This document shows positions 56,662 through 64,000 of a stretch of 64,000 nucleotides of DNA, piece by piece (positions within the stretch are counted from its first letter, which is position 1; every line of letters begins with the position of its first letter). A program made the position numbers and the translations under genes. The DNA comes from Spartobacteria bacterium UBA5019. GTDB lineage: Bacteria; Verrucomicrobiota; Verrucomicrobiia; Chthoniobacterales; Terrimicrobiaceae. The DNA is taken from NCBI GenBank assembly GCA_002396485.1, contig DGXZ01000030.1, positions 359-64,358 on the forward strand, read 5' to 3'. The notes under the pieces were generated by a model, which did not search any database, was not told the origin of the DNA, and worked only from the letters and a program-made list of their open reading frames with translations.

Positions 56662-56724
56662 GAAGGAATCACAAAGCAAATACCCGCTCCCACGGAAAAA
56701 TCAAAGTGCTATTCAACGGGCGTT

Positions 56725-57360
56725 TCATCTCAGGGGCATTGCAGGCCTTGTTTTTTTGCGCAGCAAGCAAAGTGTTTCGCGCCCCTCTCGCTCGCTGTAG
56801 GTCGGAACTGCAGCACTGCTTTTCACGATTTCAAAGTCATCGCTGAAAAGCAGGCCCATTTCAGCCAGGTCACAGCGGAATGGTGGCGAATGAGGGTTGG
56901 GGTTTTCGGGATTTGTAAAAAAAACTGCCAGCAAGAATCCTCCGTCGTGCAGCGCTGCGGCCGCCGCCCGCACATAGTCGGCGCGGCGCTCTGGAGGGAT
57001 GGCGCAAAGGCAAGTGTGCTCGAAAAGGACATCAAATGAGCTCGGCTGCACGGCATTCCCCGTCAAAAAATCCCCCTCCTGATAGCATTCGTTTCCCGCT
57101 TTTGGGTAACTTCGGGCCAGATTCAGGGCGGAGGGGGCTACATCCAGGCCTAAAACAAACGCTGCACCCCCGGCGGCGATGGCCCGCACATCATGTCCGA
57201 CCCCGCAACCGGGCACGAGCACGCGGCCGGCGATGGGCAGTTTTTTCAGCCGGGCCAGCAGGGCAGGGTGCGCTGCGCCCTTGTCCCAAGGAGTGTCCCC
57301 CGCGACATAGCGGGCGTCCCAGTCAATGCCGACGCCAGCGTGTGCCGAGTGAGATGCCAT
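56725..57360 (-). CDS. SAM-dependent methyltransferase, thiopurine S-methyltransferase (TPMT)-like
   Basis: WDARYVAGDTPWDKG and VLVPGCGVGHDV are TPMT-like motifs. ATG 57360 is preferred over GTG 57384. Confidence 0.7.
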   Translation of the reverse strand: MASHSAHAGVGIDWDARYVAGDTPWDKGAAHPALLARLKKLPIAGRVLVPGCGVGHDVRAIAAGGAAFVLGLDVAPSALNLARSYPKAGNECYQEGDFLTGNAVQPSSFDVLFEHTCLCAIPPERRADYVRAAAAALHDGGFLLAVFFTNPENPNPHSPPFRCDLAEMGLLFSDDFEIVKSSAAVPTYSEREGRETLCLLRKKTRPAMPLR

Positions 57361-58066
57361 ATTGGAATTTTCTGGAGTGTTCACGGATCAGGAAAGGCAG
57401 GTCTTTGGTGAACTCCAGCGTGAAGGCCGGACGCAGGAGATCAGCGAGGACTTCCTGGGATGCTGCCGCGTCCTCCGTGCCGCCGAGCCAGTTTTTTTCC
57501 GGAGTGAACTCCGGCAGCCAGGAAAATGGGGTTGCGAGCAGCAGTTGGCCGCCTGACTTGACAAGATCTGCCAAGCGCTCAATGAAGCGCAGCGGCTCGG
57601 GCAGACGGCAGATGAGATTCGCAGCCAAGACGACATCGAAAACACCGAGATCGCTTCGCAGATTCATCGCATCCCCCGTTTCAAAACCCACCCGCGTGCA
57701 ATCGACCTCCTTTGGAACATGGGCGGTGAATTTCTGCACCCGCTTGCCTTCGAAGGCGACAGTGGCCTCAAGAGAACCTTGTTTTTTCAATTCCTCCGCC
57801 GCGCGGATGAAGGCTGCGGAGAAATCAATACCCGTCACCTTGGGGATCGATCGAGCCAGTTCAAAGGACGATGCTCCCACCGCGCAGCCCACATCGAGTG
57901 CGTTGCCAGTCGGCGAGGAGGTGTCGAGCAACTCCGAGACCACCCGCCGGGGGAAGTCCCATGCCTCGCTTGGAACAGGAAGAGTGCCCGCCGCCTCGGC
58001 GAATGTGGCGAAGTGGAAAAACAGATATTCATCAACCAGCCGCCGGGACTCGTAGGGATTCGACAT
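57323..58066 (-). CDS. SAM-dependent methyltransferase resembling the OvoA C-terminal (putative 4-mercaptohistidine N1-methyltransferase) family
   Basis: NPYESRRLVDEYLFFHF, ALDVGCAVGASSFELAR, FDVVLAANLICRLPEP, GGQLLLATPFSWLPEFTPEKNWLGG. The family assignment rests on remembered motif layout, not on a search. Confidence 0.6.
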   Translation of the reverse strand: MSNPYESRRLVDEYLFFHFATFAEAAGTLPVPSEAWDFPRRVVSELLDTSSPTGNALDVGCAVGASSFELARSIPKVTGIDFSAAFIRAAEELKKQGSLEATVAFEGKRVQKFTAHVPKEVDCTRVGFETGDAMNLRSDLGVFDVVLAANLICRLPEPLRFIERLADLVKSGGQLLLATPFSWLPEFTPEKNWLGGTEDAAASQEVLADLLRPAFTLEFTKDLPFLIREHSRKFQYGISLGTRWRRH

Positions 58067-58152
58067 CCCCGATCTCTACCACTCTCCGCCCGCTTTCGGA
58101 AACAGCAATCCCGGCTTGGACAAACCACCCCGCACTCTGATACATCCCCGGC

Positions 58153-59688
58153 ATGCTTACTCGCGTGTTCTCAGCCGCGCTGCAGGGTGTCGAAGCCATT
58201 CAAGTGGAGGTGGAGGTCAATACCGGTTCAGGCAACCCGGTGGTGATCGTCGTTGGACTTCCCGATGCCGCCGTGCGCGAGAGCAAGGATCGCGTCACCA
58301 CAGCCATTTCAAACAGCGGCTTCCGCTGGCCCCGCGAGCGGACGACGATCAATCTCGCTCCGGCTGACATCAAAAAAGAAGGTCCGAGTTTTGATCTGCC
58401 CATCGCTGTCGGCATGGTTGCCGCCGCCGAGCGCGCCGAACTGCCCCGGCTTGAGCGTTGCTTTGTCATCGGAGAACTCGCCCTCACCGGCGAGATCCGC
58501 GCGATCAAAGGCGCTCTGCCTATCGCCGTGGCCGCCCGCGATCAGGGAATGAAAGCCGTGATTCTCCCCGCAGCGAATGCCGCTGAGGCCGCCATCGTGG
58601 AGGGTATCGAGGTCTATGGCGTGAGAAATCTCCGCGAGGCCTACGAATTTCTTTCCCGAAAAAAGGAACTCACTCCGGTGCGTGGAAGTGCCGCCGAGCG
58701 GCTCACCGCCGGTTCGTCCGATGATGTCGATTTTTCTGAGGTGAAGGGACAGCACCAGGTCAAGCGTGCCATCGAAGTCGCCATGGCCGGCGGACACAAT
58801 CTCCTGCTCATCGGCCCTCCCGGCTCGGGCAAGAGCATGCTGGCGAAGCGCATTCCGACGATCATTCCACCCATGACCCTCGATGAGGCGATTGAAACCA
58901 CCAAGATTCACAGCATTTGCGGCATTCTCGATGAGTCGAATGCGTTCGTTTCGAAGCGCCCCTTCCGCTCGCCGCACCATACCATCAGCGATATCGGGCT
59001 CCTCGGCGGATCCGCCAATCCCTCGCCGGGCGAGGTCAGTATCGCCCACAATGGCGTCCTCTTCCTCGATGAACTGCCGGAATTCAAACGCTCCACGCTC
59101 GAGGTCATGCGCCAACCGATCGAGGACGGCAAGGTGACTATTTCCCGCGCGGCAGGAACCATGACATTCCCCGCCGAATTCATTCTCATCGCCGCGATGA
59201 ATCCCTGCCCGTGCGGATTCCACGGCGACCCGCAGCGTGAGTGCCGCTGCTCCAGCGTCCAGATTGAGCGTTACCGCAACCGAATCTCCGGCCCGCTCCT
59301 CGACCGCATCGACATCCATGTCGAAGCTCCCGCCGTGGCCTTCAAGGAGCTCTCCAGTGGCGGCTCGGCCGAGCCCTCCGCAGAGATCCTCAATCGCGTT
59401 CTTCAGGCGCGTGATGTCCAAAAAAACCGGTTCACCGGTGAGAGAAAAACCGCCTCCAATGCCCGGATGTCGCACAGCCAGATCAAAACATTCTGTCCCC
59501 TCGACGACACCTCCCTCGAAATGCTCCGCCATGCCATGGAGGATCTCCACCTCAGTGCCCGTGCTTACGACCGCATTCTCAAAGTCTCCCGCACCATCGC
59601 CGATCTGGCATCCAGTGACCGCATCACTCCAGATCACATCGGCGAAGCCATCCAATACCGCACCCTCGACCGCAGGCTTTGGGTTTGA
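58153..59688 (+). CDS. comM: YifB/ComM family Mg-chelatase-like AAA+ ATPase
   Basis: N-terminal Lon-protease-like domain, Walker [20 protein letters not shown], and a C-terminal Mg-chelatase subunit ChlI-like domain. Confidence 0.92.
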   Translation: MLTRVFSAALQGVEAIQVEVEVNTGSGNPVVIVVGLPDAAVRESKDRVTTAISNSGFRWPRERTTINLAPADIKKEGPSFDLPIAVGMVAAAERAELPRLERCFVIGELALTGEIRAIKGALPIAVAARDQGMKAVILPAANAAEAAIVEGIEVYGVRNLREAYEFLSRKKELTPVRGSAAERLTAGSSDDVDFSEVKGQHQVKRAIEVAMAGGHNLLLIGPPGSGKSMLAKRIPTIIPPMTLDEAIETTKIHSICGILDESNAFVSKRPFRSPHHTISDIGLLGGSANPSPGEVSIAHNGVLFLDELPEFKRSTLEVMRQPIEDGKVTISRAAGTMTFPAEFILIAAMNPCPCGFHGDPQRECRCSSVQIERYRNRISGPLLDRIDIHVEAPAVAFKELSSGGSAEPSAEILNRVLQARDVQKNRFTGERKTASNARMSHSQIKTFCPLDDTSLEMLRHAMEDLHLSARAYDRILKVSRTIADLASSDRITPDHIGEAIQYRTLDRRLWV

Positions 59689-59751
59689 GTTTCCCGCAGC
59701 AGGAAGGCCTTCGCCCGCCGAGGAAATGGCGAGCGAGGCCGTCTGGTTTTA

Positions 59752-60663
59752 TTAGTAGGTAAAGTTCAGGCCGACATTGGCCCAGACTTCGTTGCCTTGG
59801 TCGATGTCCTGCAGCGCGGTCATGGCGAGGCTGTAGTTGATACCGGCAAACACGGAGATGATTTTGCTAATTTGCCAGTTTGCTTCGAGACCGAATTGGA
59901 AGCTATTCCAGCCATAGTAGGTGCGTGTGTTGTAGCCGAGGTTCACGCCTAAGAGGGCATAGGGTTCAAGGGTGACGATGTCTTTGTAAACCGGGATTTC
60001 GCCATCGAGACGGAACTCTAAAAACGCGCCGGGTGTGTTGTTGAGATCCCAGATGAAGGCCGTGCTGGGTGTCACATACGGGATTTTGTTTGTGCCGAGG
60101 ACGACGAAGAGTTCGTTGCCGTAGGTTTTGTGCAGATGACCACCTTCTTCTTCGTGTTCCTCGTGTCCGGCCTCTTCATGCTCGTGCGCGTGACCTTCTT
60201 CGACGATGCCGGGCGTGTAGCGGAAGTTGTAGCCGGGAATCACAAACACCGGACCGAGGTCAAAATTGTAGCCGGCGGTGAAATCCCACTCCTCGAAGTC
60301 GCTCGAAGTGCCGAATCCGTTCCAAACGCTCAAAGTGAAGTCGCCGATCCAAACGCCCACCTCATTGGTATAGGCGCCGCCGCTGCCGGTTTCGTTCACG
60401 CCATAGTGGATGTGGCGGCTCTCCCATCCGGTTGTGAGGTCGGCTCCCCAGATACGGCTGTCGGTCTCCAGCGCGGGGGCTTTGAAGTTTTTGCCGCTCG
60501 GGGAGGTTTGCGCATGGGCGTGACCTGTGAGCGGCTGCGCGCCGGTATCCAGCGCCTGGTTGATCTCGGTTTGGGTTTCGCGGTGGTTGTGGGCGATGCC
60601 GTGGGCTCCGGCGAGCGGTGCCATGGCGAGGAGGGCGAGTGCGGTGTGGAGTGGTTTTTTCAT
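59752..60663 (-). CDS. Predicted outer-membrane beta-barrel protein with a His/Glu-rich loop
   Basis: Signal peptide MKKPLHTALALLAMAPLAGA, alternating beta-strand pattern, and a terminal aromatic (NVGLNFTY). The insert is EEGHAHEHEEAGHEEHEEEGGHLH, with further His residues near the N-terminus. Confidence 0.55.
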   Translation of the reverse strand: MKKPLHTALALLAMAPLAGAHGIAHNHRETQTEINQALDTGAQPLTGHAHAQTSPSGKNFKAPALETDSRIWGADLTTGWESRHIHYGVNETGSGGAYTNEVGVWIGDFTLSVWNGFGTSSDFEEWDFTAGYNFDLGPVFVIPGYNFRYTPGIVEEGHAHEHEEAGHEEHEEEGGHLHKTYGNELFVVLGTNKIPYVTPSTAFIWDLNNTPGAFLEFRLDGEIPVYKDIVTLEPYALLGVNLGYNTRTYYGWNSFQFGLEANWQISKIISVFAGINYSLAMTALQDIDQGNEVWANVGLNFTY

Positions 60664-60794
60664 AAAATGGAGGGGCGCTGTTTATGCAAGTGTGTTGCAG
60701 GAGTCAAATATAAAATGCAAATTGCTTGCGATAGTAAATTGCTCCCGCCGCGCTTGGCGGATGCGTGGATGGGCTGTAGAAGCGTGGGATCGTG

Positions 60795-63104
60795 ATGGGA
60801 AAATGGAAATGCTTTTGCGCGGCGGGTGTTGTGGTGTGTTTCGTTGCTGTTGCCGTTTTTTGCTGGCTGCGAATGCCTGTGTCGGATCAGGAACTGCTGG
60901 CGAACTTTGCAAAGGCGGGGGATTTTTTTCGCGGGGTTGAGAGCGTGCGGGGGCTGCCGTGGTGGTCACCGAATTTCCTCCAAGGATCGAGTCTGGCGAT
61001 GGCTTGGGGTTACATGTTTTCCAATGTGGTCATGCTGGCGACCGCCCTGCCTTTTGGCTTTCTGGCGGGCTCGAAAGTGGCGGTGGGCCTTTGCCTCGTG
61101 GCAGGCGCGGCGGGGATGTATTTTTTCCTCCGGCGTTGGAATGCTGGCGGGTTGGTGGCCTGGCTCGGTGCGGCGCTGTTTTTGCTGAATCCCTCGGTGC
61201 TGACGCGCGCGGTAGGGTTTGAGCATTTTGTGGTCGTGGTCTCTCTGGCGGTTTTGCCGTGGGTTTTCTGGGCGTTGGTGGGTTTGGTGTGGGAGGGAAC
61301 GGCTCGGTCGGCTTTGGTTTTTGGCGTTTGTTTTTCCCTGCTGGCGCTGGCGTATGGAAAAACCGGTCTCATGGCCTTGCCGGTGCTCGGGGTGTTTGCG
61401 GCGGTGGAGTATTTTCCCCGTGCGCGTGCGGAGCGGCCCGGATGGAGGATCTTGGCTTTGGCGGCAGGCGCTGTTTGTGTGCTGGCTGTGCTGCCGAACC
61501 TTCCCGCGCTGCGCGAGGCGGGTTTTGTGGCTATGTTTGAATTCGGGCCCTTTGAAGGCTGGCAGCGCGCGTTCAGCACGAAGAGTGCGCTGAGTTGGCT
61601 GGACCGGGGTGGCTGGCTAAGCGAGGGGATGGATTCCGGCTTCGCGCCCACTACTCTGAATGGTGGAACTTATTTGGGTTGTACCGCAGTGTTCGCAGTC
61701 GCTCTGCTTCTGGGCGTGCTCCATGGGGGAGAGTTGGGAGGCAAGGCCCGCTTGCTTTTAGCTCTGGCGCTCGGTGCGTTCTGGCTCTCTTTCGGCCCCC
61801 GCAGCGTGCTGGGTGGGCATTTCGAGTTTTTGCGGATGTCGATGGGGGCGGCAGACTTCACCCCGGCAGTGGCGTGGTTTTTGCTGGTCGTTCAGGTCTG
61901 GATGATCTTCCGCCTGGTGCCGCAAGGATCCATGCCCTGGCGTCTGGCGGCGGTCGGATTCTCATTAGTCTATTTGCTTGTGCCCGGTTTCCGCTTGCTC
62001 GAGTTCCTGCCGATCTATCGAAATATCCGCGCGCCCTTTGACTTCTATCAGGTCACTGGCTCGGTGTGCCTGATCGGTGCCTTGGTGATGGCGGCGGGGG
62101 CTTGGCTGGAAAAAGTGCGATGGGTGTTGCTTCGACGAGGGATTGCCATGGTTTTCGTTGTGCTGGTGGCGGTGGATGTCGCCCCGTATGCGCGGCCGTT
62201 TTTTCAGGAGCGGCTGGGACAGGGCGTGTGGCGTGACTTTTTGGAGGTGCAGGAATTTTTAAAAACCGCTCCGGAGCCGGGGCGCGTCTATGCTTTTTCG
62301 GGACGGTATTTTTATCTCATGACGCCATGGCTCTCGGGACGCCCGCTGGCGGCGGAGGCTTTCAACAGCTACCTGCACCAACGCGGGGCGGCGATTTTGC
62401 AGGCCTCGGCGTTTTTGAACGACGAGCGCATGGCGACCTACTTCCGCGTGGCCGGTGTGGCTTATGTGTTGGTCGATAAAACCGACCCTGACACGAAGCC
62501 CGAGATGCAGGCGAAACTGCGCGGGCTTTTCCCTGTGGTTTTTGAAAATGAAAACATGGCGCTGCTGGGCGTGGGGAATCCGCTGGGGTATGGATTTTTG
62601 GCGAAGGATTTTCTGCAAACCGGCACCGATTCGCCCGAGACGGCCATCGCCGCGATCGGTGGAGCGGAGCATAATTTGGCCATGATTCAAACCAGCGGCC
62701 TTGCCGTCGACGAGCCGGGCCTGCGTGGCAAGATCATCGAAGGCCGTATTGCCGCATCCGAGGGCAAAGTGCTCGATGAAGGCAAGGCGTTCGCACGGGC
62801 CTCGAGGCGCGAAGGCGGCACATATCAGAGGGTGGATTTCGAACCAACGGGCGAAAGCGGTTGGCTGATCTTCAACGAGGCATGGCATCCGGATTGGACT
62901 GCTCTTGAAGGCGGCGACAGCCGTGAGGTCCACCGTGCCATGCTGGCTTTCTCAGCCGTTCAAACGACCGGCCAAGCAGGTGTCACATTCGAATTCCGGC
63001 AACCCTGGTGGTATAATGTCTGCGCTTGGACATCCCTCGCTGGCTGGGCCGCGGCGCTGGGCCTCTGCGTCTTCATTCCCAGAGGCAGGTCCTCCGCGAC
63101 TTGA
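60795..63104 (+). CDS. Large polytopic membrane protein, YfhO-like (GT-C-type glycosyltransferase-like)
   Basis: About 12 or more TM helices, then a soluble C-terminal region ending in NEAWHPDWTALEGG...VTFEFRQPWW plus a final TM helix, a layout I associate with YfhO-family proteins. Confidence 0.5.
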   Translation: MGKWKCFCAAGVVVCFVAVAVFCWLRMPVSDQELLANFAKAGDFFRGVESVRGLPWWSPNFLQGSSLAMAWGYMFSNVVMLATALPFGFLAGSKVAVGLCLVAGAAGMYFFLRRWNAGGLVAWLGAALFLLNPSVLTRAVGFEHFVVVVSLAVLPWVFWALVGLVWEGTARSALVFGVCFSLLALAYGKTGLMALPVLGVFAAVEYFPRARAERPGWRILALAAGAVCVLAVLPNLPALREAGFVAMFEFGPFEGWQRAFSTKSALSWLDRGGWLSEGMDSGFAPTTLNGGTYLGCTAVFAVALLLGVLHGGELGGKARLLLALALGAFWLSFGPRSVLGGHFEFLRMSMGAADFTPAVAWFLLVVQVWMIFRLVPQGSMPWRLAAVGFSLVYLLVPGFRLLEFLPIYRNIRAPFDFYQVTGSVCLIGALVMAAGAWLEKVRWVLLRRGIAMVFVVLVAVDVAPYARPFFQERLGQGVWRDFLEVQEFLKTAPEPGRVYAFSGRYFYLMTPWLSGRPLAAEAFNSYLHQRGAAILQASAFLNDERMATYFRVAGVAYVLVDKTDPDTKPEMQAKLRGLFPVVFENENMALLGVGNPLGYGFLAKDFLQTGTDSPETAIAAIGGAEHNLAMIQTSGLAVDEPGLRGKIIEGRIAASEGKVLDEGKAFARASRREGGTYQRVDFEPTGESGWLIFNEAWHPDWTALEGGDSREVHRAMLAFSAVQTTGQAGVTFEFRQPWWYNVCAWTSLAGWAAALGLCVFIPRGRSSAT

Positions 63105-63139
63105 ATTCGCAAGCTTTCATCCAAGGCAAAATGAAAGGA

Positions 63140-63260
63140 AATGTTGCCTGACCCGGCCGGAACGCCGACGTCCTCGTCGGCATCAGCAACTCATAGCAAT
63201 CACACTACGGCAACCACCCGCCGCCTCAGCTCCAGCATCCATCCGCCCCGTAGCGGCATC
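63140..63260. repeat. Degenerate REP-like hairpin region
   Basis: Hairpin GCCGACG-TCCT-CGTCGGC at 63154-63171, followed by CGTAGCGGCATCTGC, which resembles the TGTAGCGGCGGTCTGC unit. Confidence 0.35.
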
Positions 63261-63303
63261 TGCAAAGAGGGAAAACGGAGCGGGCTTGGGATTTTCAAAA
63301 CCT

Positions 63304-63717
63304 TCAATCCACGATGCTCCGAAAGCGCAACTCCTCGGTCATCATTCGTTGATTCACGATTTTTACACCCGAAACGCTCTTTCCCATCCACATCCCGAAG
63401 TGCCTGGCATCTCCCGTAAGAAGGTGGGTGCAATTTCCGGAAATCGCGGCATCGAGAATTGGCCTGTCTTTTTCTGCAAGTTCCAACGGCGATGATGCTT
63501 GTCCTGTATCAGCCAAGATATTCACGCGAGCGAGCCATTTTTCCAAGCCATCGATCAAATCTTCAGAAAAAGCGGCCACATTCCTTCTGGCTTCCTGCGC
63601 TGCAAATTCTGAAGTCACCAACTCCCCGTGCAGTTCCAAAACATCAAGCAAAAGGCTCGTCAACCACTTCGGATTCGAAGCTGAAAACAAGATATTCGCG
63701 TCAAGAAAAACTCTCAC
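63304..63717 (-). CDS. vapC: PIN-domain ribonuclease toxin (VapC-like)
   Basis: MRVFLDANILF (first acidic residue), EKDRPILDAAI, and THLLTGDARHF. The GTG start overlaps the antitoxin stop (GTGA). Confidence 0.8.
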   Translation of the reverse strand: MRVFLDANILFSASNPKWLTSLLLDVLELHGELVTSEFAAQEARRNVAAFSEDLIDGLEKWLARVNILADTGQASSPLELAEKDRPILDAAISGNCTHLLTGDARHFGMWMGKSVSGVKIVNQRMMTEELRFRSIVD

Positions 63718-63971
63718 GGCTCACCCTTTTTCGCCGCCTTGCGCAAGCCCACCGCGAACTCAGCCAACTCGGCATCCGCAGACTCAAACTCCGCAATCCG
63801 CTCCGGAGAATAGCTCTCCACAGCAACCACAGTTCCAGGACGGAGCAGTATTCCCTCCGGCCGCTCCTCCGCCACCAGGATACCCCGCGTCTCGCCGTAA
63901 CCAATCCGTTGCCTCATTCGCTTTGGCAAGGTCACCATTCCCCGCTCATTCATCGAAATCATTTTTGTCAT
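63714..63971 (-). CDS. AbrB/SpoVT-type antitoxin
   Basis: NERGMVTLPKRMRQRIG is a SpoVT/AbrB swapped-hairpin motif. 85 aa, translationally coupled to the PIN gene. Confidence 0.8.
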   Translation of the reverse strand: MTKMISMNERGMVTLPKRMRQRIGYGETRGILVAEERPEGILLRPGTVVAVESYSPERIAEFESADAELAEFAVGLRKAAKKGEP

Positions 63972-64000
63972 GATTTCAACATTCTTGAATTCTTGAAAAA

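Noticed and set aside
53435-58066. A functional link between the FGE-sulfatase-domain protein and the neighbouring OvoA-C-terminal-like methyltransferase, as a split ovothiol/ergothioneine pathway.
   Set aside because: The FGE-type domain is extracytoplasmic (it follows the TM helix) and cysteine-free, and it lacks the DinB-like iron-binding N-terminal module of OvoA/EgtB. The genes lie in separate transcription units separated by the TPR gene.

Overview
This is a 64-kb window, about 58-60 % G+C by eye, almost fully coding, from a Gram-negative (diderm) bacterium. The mix of LptD, ExbBD, OmpA-like, YfhO-like, PpiD-like and FGE-kinase-type genes, plus abundant GC-rich hairpin repeats, suggests a PVC/Verrucomicrobia-like organism. 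That taxonomic call is inference only. Most of the window is core housekeeping: gcvT-gcvH-gcvP, a copper P-type ATPase next to a CHASE3 histidine kinase and response regulator, rpmB, rodA, galE, lptD, ugd, ispE, pyrF, glnD, metG, a TPR-exbB-exbD-exbD cluster, thiD, rlmI, rpmH-rnpA-yidD-yidC-jag, hisB-hisH-hisA and comM/yifB. The ORF track translates alternative start codons (TTG/GTG) as M, so several starts were moved to in-frame ATGs that give canonical N-termini. Accessory or odd pockets are listed here.

- **Left edge (1-430):** an AT-rich stretch.
- **gcv operon insert (1866-2544):** a two-gene nucleotidyltransferase cassette wedged between gcvH and gcvP.
- **Island (about 21.8-28.4 kb):** a roughly 6.5-kb segment bracketed by a 37-nt direct repeat. 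It carries two divergent AAA+ ATPase/PD-(D/E)xK-like proteins (DUF4143-type architecture), each followed by the same REP/BIME-like hairpin array, plus a lower-GC double-propeller (Asp-box + NHL) secreted protein.
- **Degenerate signalling operon (52.4-56.7 kb):** three genes centred on a protein whose receiver, kinase and FGE-sulfatase modules all look catalytically degenerate.
- **Right edge:** a PIN/AbrB toxin-antitoxin pair.

I found no rRNA, tRNA, CRISPR array, transposase or integrase. The best candidates for an undescribed system are the twin ATPase-nuclease island and the degenerate REC-pseudokinase-FGE operon. Both are hypotheses that need database and experimental checks.
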